Shown piece by piece: positions 1 through 12,780 of a DNA stretch of 64,000 bases (the stretch's first letter is position 1; each line of letters begins with the position of its first letter). The DNA is taken from the NCBI RefSeq assembly GCF_009914755.1, contig NC_060931.1; one strand, given 5' to 3'. This DNA comes from the human T2T-CHM13v2.0 reference genome, Homo sapiens. A model generated the notes under the pieces. It had not been told where the DNA came from and ran no database searches. It worked only from the letters and a program-made list of their open reading frames with translations. The translations under genes were made by a program, and so were the position numbers.

Positions 1-540
1 TTTGCACTGTCAAGACCACATCAGCTATGATTGTATAGGGAGAAGACAAGCTTGCTTGAGGGTTGTCTTTGGATAAGTATTCAGGTTTCTCAGATGGTGG
101 GCAGGGCCATAAAGCTCCCAAGAGATTATGTCCTTAGGAGTGTCTGAGCTCCTACATGCCTAACCCTGCCCCTACCTGATTATTATTTTATTGCAACTTT
201 TCACTAACACGGTTACTAATAAGCCTGTTGTATGTAACACATGATACTGGAAAATGTATACTTAGGCACATAATCTAGAGGAAATTTGGAAACATTCATT
301 AAAAGCCTCAAGTATTTTTAAATGACTTACTCCACAATGTCACTTACAGAAATGTATTTTAAAATAAGGGACATATATCAAAAAAAGAAACCCATTAAAA
401 TATTAATACTTAAAGTATTAAAGAAAAAGCAACAGACATTTAAATGCTTATGCAAATTTGACAAGGCTCATTAAAATGATAAGATCATATTATTACGTAT
501 GAATGCTGTGTTTATATGTGCTTATGACCTATTGTCAACT

Positions 541-772
541 TTTTTCTTTTTTTTTTTTTGAAACAGGGTCTCATTCCATCATGTAGGCTGGAGTGCAGTG
601 GCTAATGACTCAGTCGTGGCTTACTGCAGCCTTCACCTCTTAGGCACATGCAGTCCTCCCACCTCAGCCTCACCATGTTGCCTAGGCTGGTCTTGAACTT
701 CTGGGTTCAAGTGATCCTCCCACCTCAGCCTCCCAAAGTGCTGGGATTATAGGCATGAGCCACCAAGTCTAG
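541..772 (-). mobile_element. AluJ-type SINE with internal deletion
   Basis: Poly-T, then antisense Alu right arm joined directly to left arm (acctcagcctc|accatgttg); central A-rich linker missing. Confidence 0.9.
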
Positions 773-920
773 TCTATTTTTTTAAGTATATAATAGACTT
801 AAATATGCATAGGTAATAAATATTTTAACTTTATGTTTACTCTTTCTTTTAATCACTTAAATAAATATTCAATCGTAAACCAAGTACTTTAGACAGCCAG
901 TCTCCTCATTGTTATTTCAG

Positions 921-1015
921 AACTTTTCCAAAGGGGTATCGCTTCCATCTCCACAATCCATTTCTCTCGTCTGGCTCTCAGCATGATTCTGAGTGCCACT
1001 TTATGTTCTCGCTGT
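921..1015 (+). pseudogene. Possible decayed transmembrane exon of the left C-type lectin paralog
   Basis: Acceptor ttatttcag at 912-920; phase-1 reading ELFQRGIASISTIHFSRLALSMILSATL aligns without gaps to IASITIILFSKLTISLLLTGLLY (35.5-35.6 kb, minus), 11/23 aa but only 37/69 nt. Confidence 0.3.
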
Positions 1016-1989
1016 ACTTGGCTCCAAGTGCTGAACAATTCTTTTCCCCTTCATTCATGAAGGTGTTTATAACTGGGCTGTTGTATGAACAAACATTCAG
1101 GCTTACTAGAAAGGGACTACAGGATAATGTAAAATAGGAAAGATTTTTTATTTGAAGATCAGTCACCCTAAATCTCCTTGGCAGGTAACGTTAACAGAGA
1201 TTCACCATTTGCTGTACTTCTCTTAACGTCTTATTTGCTGCATATTCCATGGTGCCGTCCCTTTCCACTGTGCATAATGACGCTCAGGCTGACAGTTCAA
1301 AACTCCAAAGTTTTCTATCCTTTAAAGTATACATAAATCTGTTCATTAACCTGTAACAAGAGTGGGCCTAATACATAACCTTGCTTATACAAGAAGTTCG
1401 CTGACAAGTCACTCTAAACACATTAGTAATAGATGGCTGCCACCACTTATATTAGGACTATTCTAATACTTTTTAGACTATAGTAAAGTGTTTTATATTT
1501 ATTCCTACATTGTGTGCAACAAAATGACTAGGACATCATATATCGATATACTATATAAATTACAAGTAATTTTCCGCCATATTTTATGTTTTTTGAGAAT
1601 TGTTCTTTAGGTTATATAATTTTTATAATTATAAATGAAGATAAATAATTACTACATTAAGAAGAAAGGAAAATAAGAAGAAAAAAGAAAGGAAGGAAGG
1701 AAGGAAAGAGGTTAGTTACTAGAAAATAGCCTGTGCTGAAAACTTGACCCAGGTCAGAGTATGGTGGACTTGTTTTGATTCTGAAATCATATTCTAGAAT
1801 GTTTAAGTCATGAGTACAAAGTAAAATCATAAAAAAAAGAAAAGCAGGAGAAATCTTAAGAGTAACTTTTGTTCTGTCTTAATCTGGCATTACCTGGCAT
1901 CTTTCTCTCAACTTTCCACAAATAGTTGTAAAGTTATATTCTTAAACACACACTGGCACTATGCTGAAAACCAGAGGCAGGGAACATAA

Positions 1990-2350
<361 letters not shown>

Positions 2351-2964
2351 GAAAAATCCATTTTAAAATTGAACATCATCCACCATCAGAACCAGATATG
2401 CACAGGCAAACCCACAGAGGGTCTGCAGGGCTCCAGTGACTCCAGGCTGTCCTCCACACATTCCAGGACACAGGTCATGTGACACCAAAGCAAACCAGCC
2501 AGGGGTGTGCTGTGACTTAGCCCAAACCCATCTTGTGCCTTTGTTTCTCCATTTGCTCAGAAGTCAGCCTGCAAAACCATTGTGAGAATAAGTGATGTAT
2601 CATTGGAGTTGATTTCCTAGGATTGCTAAATAAAGGCATTAAGAGGAAACCAAATTTACATTATTTTTTATAATTTGTTAAACACATGATTATTTAATGT
2701 CTAATAATGCCATGATCGAAGTTTCAATTCTGAGTAAATCAGACACAGCCCCTACACACATGGCAAACATCCTAGGAGCCATAAAGCAAACAAATAAATG
2801 CATAACATTGTCGGCCATTTTTCTGTTCTGCACCAGCATCTGTGCTGCTGAGCCTTGGGACAACATCACCTGCCTTGGGGGCTGGTGTGGAACGAGGACA
2901 CAGAATCCTGCTGGAAGGAGAAGGAAGGATAATTGTTTCAGGAGCAGAAGCTACCCTCAGTAGA

Positions 2965-3362
2965 GAATTGGTAGCATTTTCTAGAATTCTATGTAAATAG
3001 AATTACATAAATACGTATTTTTGTTTGGCTTCCATTACTCATCTTAATGACTTAGAGACTCATCCCCACTGTGGCTTGTATTAATAGGTTACTTTTATTC
3101 TTTGCAGTTGTGGTTTTCATGAATAAGTGGTATTTCATTGTATAAACAGAACATGGCATGTTAATGTATTTTTCAGCTGATGGACATCTGGGTTGTTTCC
3201 AGTCTTTGACTACTAAAAGTAAAGCTAGTATGGATATTTGTGTGAGTAAATGTTGTCCTTTCTGTTAGGTAAATTTTAGGAATAGAATGGCTGCGCTGAA
3301 TTTGAAGTACACGTTTAGCTATTTAAGAAACAGCTAAATGCTTTCCAAGTAACTAGATATGC
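2965..3362 (-). mobile_element. Old L1M (L1ME-like) 3' fragment
   Basis: Typical L1 3' motifs, e.g. gatggacatctgggttgtttccagtctttg. Confidence 0.7.
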
Positions 3363-3809
3363 TGTTTCGCGAAAGGGCTATATATGCAAAGCAACCCCCA
3401 AATGCAGAAGGAGCAGAGAAAGCAAACAATGAGGCAGACAAAGCCAGTTTGACAGTAGAGATGCTTCATTAGGGAACTTAGGGTCAGAAGTGTAGTCTTG
3501 GGTGGCTCTAAGGTAGCTAGATCTTCACACTGTCACCCCAAGACCCGGAGCTTATATACTTTAGTGAAAGGGTATGCATGCTTCAGAAGAAATAGGTAGG
3601 ACAACCAAAGTTGATGCTTTAAGGAAACAAAAGAATGCTATATGCAACACAGCCTATAATTCACTTAAGAGCAGGATTTGTGATAACTATGTGCCCTTAC
3701 ACTGAACAGTGGATAAAGTAGAAATCTTCCAGGTGTTCATTCGGAACTGGAGTTAATCAGAAGTCAGTATGGCAAATTAGCATCCAAAATGGAGTCGCCG
3801 TAGCCTACA
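3363..3809 (-). mobile_element. Solo LTR, MER31-like (ERV1)
   Basis: TG...CA ends; minus strand begins tgtaggctacggcgactccattttggatgctaat...gacttctgattaac, matching the recalled MER31 start. Confidence 0.7.
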
Positions 3810-4039
3810 TATGTGCTGTTTTACTTTCCCAGGAATAATACATATGATTTTAGTTGTTCCACATACTCACCGGCATTTAGTACTGTCGGTCTATTATATA
3901 ATAATTGTATCTATTTCAGTGGGAATGCAGTAAAAAGAACTCCAGCAAGACTGCTTATAAATACAAAGAAGAAAAAAATGGAAGGAGGGAAAAAAAAGGG
4001 AGGAAGGAAGGAAGAAAAAAAGAAAGGAAGGAAGGTTGC

Positions 4040-5340
4040 ACACAAATGCAATGCTGAATAGAAAAAAGAAAATATGGACATAGAAGAGCATCAATAATAA
4101 CAAGGAAAATATTATCAACAATTGAGTGCTAACGAATTTGAGAACCTAGGTAAAATCGGATCTACAAATATTTAAAATAGGATTTATAAATGTATATCAT
4201 GTCAACTTTGGCATAAAACTATAGAACTTGAATAAACTAAGTAAATAAATGAAAATATTACTAACAACCTCTCCAAGTCCCCTAAGTCCCTAGGCCTTGA
4301 TGATTTTCCAGGTGAACCTTACCAATTAAAAATTAATTCTTATCTTATGCAATATATAAAATAGCTATAACTTCTAATTTCATTTTTTAATCTAGTGTAC
4401 CCTAAAGAGAGGTAAAGTGTACCCTAAAGACAACAAATATAATTATCATTTCAATCACAAATATAGATACAAAACACATAAATAAAATATTAGCTAACTA
4501 AATACAAATGAAATATAATCAATTATAATCAATTGAGGTTTATCCCAGAAATTTCAAGATGTTTTAAAATCAGAAATATAATTTATCACATTAATTAATA
4601 TAAAGAAAATATAATTTTTTCTATCAATGCAGGTAAAAAAATCATCTGGCCATCCAATTATAGAATATTTCAACAAACTAGGAATGGTAAAGAACTTCCA
4701 CAGCTTTGCAGAAATTTTTAGGACGCAAATAGGAAAATAGATGATAGATTGATAGTTGATAGGTAGATGGATAGACAGATAGATAGATAACAGAACCATA
4801 ATTATATGCTTATTAGGGAACCATTTGAGACATCTCCTTTACAATAAGAAAAAAATGCAAGAATATCCACTCTCACCTCATCTATTTAGTAGAATGCTGC
4901 CATTCCTAGCAAATGTTATGAGGAGAAACAAATAAGGGTGTATAGTCTAGAAGAAAAGAGATTGAACTACCTTTATTTTGAGGTAATATAGGACCTAGCT
5001 AACTGAAATAGCCAACAGAAACAACAGACAGCAATAGGCACTAATAAGTGAGATAAAAAATGTTTCCATTGCTTTAACTATGAAAACTCATGCATACTGG
5101 TAATTTTAATTCAGAAATGTAAGATACCCTTTAAAGAGGCAATAGAATTGTAACGTTTCTAGGAAGTTATTCACCAAGAAGATACATAAAATCCACAGAG
5201 AAGGCTTTACAACTACAATAATAAAAATAAGTCAAAATGAATAGATGAAGAATTATTCCATTGATCATTTTGAAATATAAATTCTCAGAAAATTAATCTA
5301 AAAATACAATCCCAATTAAGTGTTGGCTGGCTACCTTGAA
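4040..5340 (+). mobile_element. Old L1M ORF2 fragment
   Basis: A-rich decayed ORF2 motifs (ccctaggccttgatgattttccaggtgaa; gaggtttatcccagaaat). Confidence 0.75.
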
Positions 5341-5357
5341 AAACTCAATTAGATGTG

Positions 5358-5359
5358 GT

Positions 5360-5407
<48 letters not shown>
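5358..5407. repeat. (TG)n(AG)n compound microsatellite
   Basis: Directly visible. Confidence 0.98.
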
Positions 5408-5486
5408 AATGGGGGAATTTTTTTTACTTCTGAAATAAGTATTGAATTGAATGAATTTTAACCATTTATACATTATACATTTTCAG

Positions 5487-5602
5487 GAAACTTGGAAATC
5501 TAGACAGTTGAGTTAAACATAGAAACAAGCATATTAGATCCAACAATACATGGAACAACTTGTGGAAATTGAAGCAGGCAAATAAATTACATTGTCAAGT
5601 GA
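5487..5602 (+). pseudogene. Decayed neck/stalk exon of the left C-type lectin paralog
   Basis: Acceptor ttttcag (AG 5485-5486), donors gtgagt (5599) and gtgagc (5603); homologous to minus-strand exon 33866-33967; reads NLEI*TVELNIETSILDPTIHGTTCGN*SRQINYIVK. Confidence 0.55.
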
Positions 5603-5987
5603 GTGAGCCCTCGTGTATATCCCTTGGGACGGGCTTCTAGTCCACAAGGAACTGGTGAAGATCTCTCAGGACTCGATAGTTTAAAGAAGTGATATGCTTG
5701 GCTTGTTATCTAACAGGGATTCACTCTTCAGAAATATGAGTAGATTATAAAAGTACAATGTGGTGTTGATTCTAAGATGAGAGAGATAGGAACCAGAAAC
5801 AACTGAGGACAAGCGGCAAAACGAAGGTCTATGGAACTCTCTGGACTTGGCATATGAGTTAGTCCTGGGCACTTTGCTGTGTAATATTGGTTAATGGAAC
5901 AGACAGGAAAACAGGTTGTTTTCTTTCAGCTTGCTACATAAACTTCAGGTAGTTAAGTAATCATGTCATGGCCCGAGTTCTTCATTT

Positions 5988-7250
5988 TAATTTTTTTTTA
6001 ATTATACATTTTATTTTTAAAGCAGTTTTGGGTTTATAGATAATTTGAGCAGGATGTATGGAGAGTTCACACATACCCTCTTTCTGCCCCACAGTATCCC
6101 CTGTTATTAACATTTTGCACTAGTATAGCACATTGCGAAAATTGATGACTGTATATTTATATATTTCTAAACTACATGAAATTCACTCTTTGTGTTGTAA
6201 AGTTCTTTGGGTTTTGAAAATGCATGTATTGACCATTACAGTATCATACAGACTAGTTTCACTGCCCTGAGGAGCCTGGTGCTCCATCTATTCATCCTTT
6301 CCACTCTCCCCAGAGTCCCTGACAACCACTGATGAACTTTTAATTGTCTCTGCAGAGTGTCTTATAGTTGGAAACATACAGTATGTAACTTTTTCAGACT
6401 AGGTTCTTTCACATAGCAACAAGCATTTAAGGTTCCTCCATGTCTTTCATGGCTTGATAGCTCATTTTGTTATTGTTGAATAATAATATCCTATTGCATG
6501 GATGTACCACAGTTTGCTTATCCATTCACCTATTGGATATCTTGGTTGCTTCATTTTTGGTAATGATGAATAAAGCAACCATAAATATTTGTATGTATGT
6601 TTTTTTGTGGACATACATCTTTAACTCATTTGGGTAAAAACCTACGAGTGTTGTTCTTAATTGTGTGGTAAGAGTATGTTGAATTTTGTTAGAAACTCCC
6701 AAACTGTTTTGTTTAGTGGCTGCACCATTTTGCATTCCCATCAGCAGAGCAGGAGAGTTCCCATTGCTCTACACCATTGACAGCATTTGGTGCTGTCAAT
6801 CTTTGGGCTTTTAGCCATTCTAATAGGTGTGTGGTGAGATCTCACTTATTTTGATGTGCATTTTTCTAATGACATATGATATTGAGGATCTCATCCTATG
6901 CTTATTTTTTATCTTGAATCTTTTTTGGTGAGGAGTATGTTAAGATCTTTTGTCCATTTTTCATGAGTTTGTTTTTCTTCTTAAATTTTTTAGATACATA
7001 TTTTGCAAATATATTCTCCCAGCCTGTGGCTTGTACTTTCATTCTTTAAAGAATGTCTTTCACAGAGCAGAAGTTTTTAATTATGAAGAATCCACTACGT
7101 TATTGTTTTATCTTTTATAGATTGTGCTTCTGGGACTGTCCAAAAATTCATTGCTAAACCCAGGCTTAGGTAGATTTTCTCTTGTGTTATCTTCTGGAAC
7201 TATTATAGTTTCACATGTTACATTTAAGTCTATGATTGATTTTGAGTTAT
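5988..7250 (-). mobile_element. L1MC1/2-like LINE 3' end (inside duplicated block, copy A)
   Basis: L1MC 3'UTR motifs (ggatgaatagatggagcac...cagggcagtgaaact on minus) and A tail at ~5990. Confidence 0.85.
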
Positions 7251-8552
7251 ATATCAATAACTCCTCCCTATTGTCATTTCTCCTGGCATAAGATAGTTTA
7301 TCTAAATATTTTTGGTCAATTAAAAACATCAGATCATAAGTTGCTATTTAAAATATTAAAGATATCAGTCTTATGCAGATTATTTTAAAATGTTATAAGT
7401 GAAGTAATTGCCAATTATCCACAATATGTTGGGATATTTCAACTTGAATCCTAAACAGAAATAATTTGTAAAAAAAATAGAAGATCTATAAAACTTCTGA
7501 AATTAGGGTAAGACGTGGTAGTCTCTTTTTTACATATTTATTGAGCTTACCAGGTTATTAAAGTGCTCTAAAACAGCTAGGTAATCAGCATGGATAATAT
7601 GGACTTGTCAAACAACTATCTGTACTGATTTTACTAAGGATTGTGAAAATTCTAAAAATATCTGTCCTACTTTTTCATTATCATAACTTTATGTGACACA
7701 AGTATGCATACAAAAGTAAAATGTCTTTTCATGAGGGTGCAACCATTATTACGAATAGGTGATATAAACCAGTTCTTAAGCTGGGCTCCTGATTGACACT
7801 GAAGTAAGTTAGAAGACTGTTCATGATTTAGAAAGCATAATTAATGTCAGCTGGCTTTCACCATTATTAAATTTTGCTTTAAAATGCTACATTAGAAGAT
7901 AAAAATATGATCAAAGAACTAGGAAGTTATAGAACCATTTATACTTTGAAATTTCAATGCTTTTAATGATTCTTTGACAAAGAACTAAGCAAGATCATAG
8001 ACTCGCTGCACTAATGATCATAAATGCTGCCCTGAATTAGAACAGAAAGAATATCTTGTTTGAGACTTCTTAAATTCTCCTTTGTAGCTGTTTATGCACT
8101 GACTTACATTTGAAGTGGTTGGGTAAGAACTGACATTAGCCACATGGTTTCATAGTGTTTGGGATTTCTGTTTTTCTGTTCCTAATACTTGGGGTGAGAA
8201 ATGAAATATATTTGGATATCTGAATTATCTCTGAGGAGTTACTTTTTATGCTGGTTTCTGAAAAGTGCATTCCCTCTAGAATTTTGTCGTATCAAACTTA
8301 CTCCTGTTTGATGAGAGTACAGGGAAACAAAAAAGACATATTCACAACATTATAATAATAAAAATACTATATCACTGAAGTATTGATATGTAAGGCTGTG
8401 TATTCACTCCTTCATACACAGTCACACATAATACTCACATGAGCCACATAAGTAGGTAAAATAATTGTTACCACTTGACAAACAAGGATGTAGAGCCTGT
8501 GTAAACTAAATTTTCCCAGGAATTCACACAGGATGTTCATTTCTTACCAGGC

Positions 8553-8630
8553 CTCAAATATTGATTTATTCATATATGACACAGAAGCCCTCTCAAATAT
8601 TGATTTATTCATATATGACACAGAAGCCCT
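8553..8630. repeat. Perfect 39-bp tandem duplication
   Basis: ctcaaatattgatttattcatatatgacacagaagccct x2. Confidence 0.98.
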
Positions 8631-9837
8631 CAGATGTATACACTATCTTATTATTTCTCTAATCAGAACTACTTTGAATAAGAATATATACTACCAATAG
8701 GGCTAGCAAGGATGACATTAGTGCTTGCCATTTTATAGGATCTCTCTAAATATTAACATGTATTCATACAAGTACACACACACATACATGCACATATGTA
8801 CGTATATTATGTAACAGGTGACTGGCCTGTGTGTTGATGCACTATCAGTAGAGGCCTGAGCTAAATGGGCCTCTCTGTTACCAGACATCCATGCGTGCCC
8901 ACACAAAGGATTTTCATTGGAGGTGTTTGCTTATTTAAAGTTTCTTGTTTTTACAGTTTAAAATTGATTCAGAAAAAAAACATTGAAACAAGTTTTTAAA
9001 ATTTTTTAAACAAAATATAATTAAACTTATTTAGATAGAGATCTGAATCTTCACATTCTCTCAAAGTTGAACAGTTGTAGCTAAAAAAAGAAATAGGCAA
9101 AGTGACAGCTTCAGTAATATGAATAAATTTTACTGACAGTCCTACCAAATTTAAAATATGAAATTGATATATGTATGAAAATATTTTATGGAAAGCTCAA
9201 AAACACCCCTCAAAGTAGTGAGCTTGAAGGAATACTGGTTCCTTCAAACACCATGGCAAACGGTGGGATTGTTTATTAATGATTTTTATGGGTTGGAAAA
9301 TATTTATTGACATGTAACATGAGTAACTCACTCTACTGGAGACTTGCACAAAAAATTACAACACTTACTTTCAGGAAGTTTACAGTCTAGTTTGGTAAAT
9401 AGACTTGGAAGCAGGAAACTATGAATAAGATCACCACGTTATCCTTGAAAATGTATTCTGTGTGCTACAGGCCTGCTGCCACTGGAATGCTCATTTTCTT
9501 TCTGACTTTTAAACCATCATTTTCGCTAAAATGTACTTACAATGATCTTCTAATGGCATAATTCAGAATTCATAATTAGGTGTTCAATTAGGTGGCACAA
9601 TTCAAAATTAGATATTCTCCTAATTGCACAATTTAGAATACTTTCTATTTTTTTTTTTTTTTTTTGTAATTCTCACTCTAAGACTGATTTGGCATTTGAC
9701 CACTACCTATTGTTTTAATTAATAGACTTATTTTTTAGAAGACAATTATATTTACAGCAAAACTGAGTGGAGAGTGGCTTCACACTCCTCACACATATTG
9801 TTTTTCTTGTTATTAAATTCTTACATGAATATGGTAG

Positions 9838-12525
9838 TGTATTACACTGTTCTTGGGTTTCTATAAAGAAATACCTAACACTGGATAAATTAATTATAAG
9901 TGACACAGCAGGAGCAATGCCATCTTGGACAAGCACCACTATTCTAAAGTTCACCTTGATCAAAAACTGCCTGAATCCAAGGGGCATCAGCCTAATGACT
10001 AAGGTCAGCATGACCATAAACCACAAATGACGTCTCCAACCAGAAACATTCCAAACCCCTCCCCAACCAGAGACATGCCAGCTCAGAGATAACCTCCCCT
10101 CCAGCCAGAGAGATGTCAGCACCAAGAAAACCTCCCCTCCAACCAGAGACATTTCAACCTCACCATAAACTTCTCCTCCACACAGAAACATTCCAAGCTT
10201 GTAATAAGCTCTCTCTCCAATAAATACTCTTAGTCTCTAAGAGAGAGTGCTCCTGACCGAAATCGGCCAGAAGCCCCTCTCAGGTTTATTCTCCAAAATA
10301 AACCTGTCTTTGACTGTTGAGCTGCTTTTTGTGTTTCTTTCCTCTTTCTTTAACTCTTACAAAAAGAAAAGAGGTTTAATTGGCTCATGGTTCTGCAGGC
10401 TGTACAGGAAGTGCAGTACCAGCATCTGCTTCTGGTGAGGTGTCAGGAACCTTCCAATTATGGTGGAAGGTGAAGGTGGAAAAGGCACAACACATTGTGA
10501 GAGCAGGAACAAGAGAAGTGGGAGGTGCCACACACTTTTAAGCAACCAGATCTTGTGAGAACTCACTCACTATTGTGAGGACAGCACCAAGCCATGTGAG
10601 ATCTGTCCCCATGACCCAAACACCTCCCACCAGGCTCCACCTCCACCACTGGGGCTTATATTTCAAAATGAGATTTGGGCAAGGACAAATATCCAAACTA
10701 TATCATTCTGCCCCTGTACCCCATACCCAAATCTCATGTCCTTTTCACACTGCAAAATACAATAACCTCCTGCTAATGGTCTCACAAAAGTCTCAACTTG
10801 TTTCTGCATCACTCAAAAATCCAAAGTCTCATCTGAGACAAGGCAAGTCCCTTTCATCTACCAGCCTATAATATCAAAACTAGTTACTTACTCCTAAGAT
10901 ACAATGGGATTACAGGCATTGTTTTAATATTCCCATTCCAAAAGTGAGAAATTGGCCAAAAGAAAGGGGCAACAGGCCCCACACAAGTCTGAAACCCAGC
11001 AGGGCAGTCATTAAATCTTAAAGCTCCAACATAACTCTTGACTCCACGTGCCACATTCTGGTGGAAGGTGTTGGCTCCCAAGGCCTTAGGCAACTCTACC
11101 TCAGTGGCTTTCCAGGATACAGCCCCTGCAGCTGCTCTAACAAGCTGAAGTTGAGTGCCTGTGGCTTTCCAGGCTCAGGGTGCAAGCTGCTGCTGAATCT
11201 ACCATTCTGGAGCCTGGAGGACAGTGGCCTCCTTCCTTCCCACAGCTCTACTAGGCAGTGCCCCATTGGGGACTCTGTGCGGGCTCTCCAAATCCATATT
11301 TCCCCTCTGTCCTGCCCTAGTAGAGGTTCTCCAGGAGGGCTGTGCCCCTGCAGCAGGTTTCTGCCTGGGCACCCAGGCCTTCTCATACATCCTCTGAAAT
11401 CTAGGCAGAGGTTGCCAAGCCTTCTTCACCATTGCATTCTGCAAACCTGCAAGCTTAACACCACATGGAAACCACCAAGGCTCATGGCTTGCACCTTCTG
11501 AAGCAGCAGCATGAGCTGTATCTGGGGCCTTTTGAGTCCAGGCTGGAGTTAGAGTGGCATGGATGTGGGGAGCAGTGTCCAGAGGCTGCACAGGGTAGCA
11601 GAGCACTGGACTGGACCGATGAAAGCATTTAGTTTTCCTAGACCTTAGGGCCAGTGACAGGAGGGGCTGTCTGAGAGATCTCTGAAATACCTTCCAGGCC
11701 TTTTTCCCACTGTCTTGGCTATTAGCACCTGGTTGTTTTTTAGTCATGCAAATCTCTGTATCAAGTGGTTGCTCCTCAGCCTGTTTGAATTCCTCTCCCT
11801 TTGTCATGTGGCTAGGCTGCAAATTTTCCAAACTTTTACAACTTGCTTCTGCTTTAAATATAACTTTCAACTTAAAGGCATGTCTTTGCTCTTGCATCTG
11901 AGAATAGACTTTTAGAAGCAGCTAGACCACATTTGAATACTTTGCTGCTTGGAAAGCTGTTCTGCCAGATACGTTATATTATCACTCTGAAGTTCAAACT
12001 TTCACAGATTCCCTAAGTCACAAACAGAATGCAGCCAAGCTCTTTGCTAAGGCACAACATAGGTAATCTTTGCTGCAGTTTCCAATAAGTTTCTCATTTC
12101 CATCTGAAATCTCATGAGCCTGGACTTCACTATCCATATCACTATCAGCATTTTGGTCACAACCATTTAACCAGTTTCTAAGAAGTTCCAAACTTTCCCT
12201 CGTCTTCCTGTCTTCTTCTGAGCCCTCCAAACTCTTCCAACCTCTGCCTGCTAGACAGTTCCAAAGCTGCTTCCACATTTTCAGGTATCTTTATAGCAAT
12301 ACCTCACTTCTGGAACCAATTTTCTCTATAGGTCATTCTTGCACTGCAATAAAGAAATACCTGAGGTGGGGTAACTTATAAGAAAAGAGACTTAATTGGC
12401 TCATGGTTCTGAAGACTCTGTAAGAAGCATAGTGCCGACATTTGCTTTTGGTGAGGACTTCAGGAAGCTTACAATCATGGTGGAAGGTAAATTGGGAGCA
12501 GCCATGTCACATGGCAGGAGAGAGA
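9838..12525 (-). mobile_element. MaLR provirus (MSTA/B-like): LTR 9838-10705, internal 10706-~12325, truncated LTR ~12326-12525
   Basis: MST LTR motifs (ataaagaaatacct...aattggctcatggttctg) at both ends and a 1.6-kb MaLR internal region; flanked by L1MC 3' fragments (~9714-9837, ~12527-12779). Confidence 0.9.
9901..10361 (+). mobile_element. Solo LTR, LTR47-like (ERVL), nested in the MST LTR
   Basis: TG...CA ends, AATAAA, internal ~40-bp repeats, 5-bp TSD ataag/aaaag; MST sequence resumes right after it. Confidence 0.8.
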
Positions 12526-12780
12526 GCTCCTTTGTGCTGTGCCTTTTCACAGACTTTCCATGTTTTTGATTACCTGACATTTTGAGGAGTATCAGTCAGG
12601 TATATTGAATGATGACTCTCTATTAGAATTCATCTAATGTTTTTCTCATCACTTGACTGTGTGGGAAGAAGACCACAGAAGTATAGTATGGTTTTTATCA
12701 CATTATAACAAGTTTACGTATTATTAACCTGACTTATCACTATTAACTTTGATCTTGATCACCTGATGGAAGTAGTGTCA

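Noticed and set aside
2697-2963. 88-aa ORF with a signal-like hydrophobic stretch
   Set aside because: No recognisable family and no supporting exon chain
5487-5602. Resemblance of ILDPT..C to a fetuin/cystatin exon
   Set aside because: Only a few residues match; the neighbouring exons of the paralog indicate a C-type lectin
8553-8630. 39-bp repeat, or the ~40-bp LTR-internal repeats at 10036-10200, as a CRISPR-like array
   Set aside because: No unique spacers, at most a few copies, primate context
9165-9265. Possible lectin exon 2 of the left paralog (aaaatattttatg...aaacg|gtggga)
   Set aside because: Only short AT-rich matches to 28651-28790; could not be extended
11199-11897. 232-aa ORF as a host gene
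   Set aside because: Lies wholly in MaLR internal sequence; overlapping ORFs on both strands are typical there
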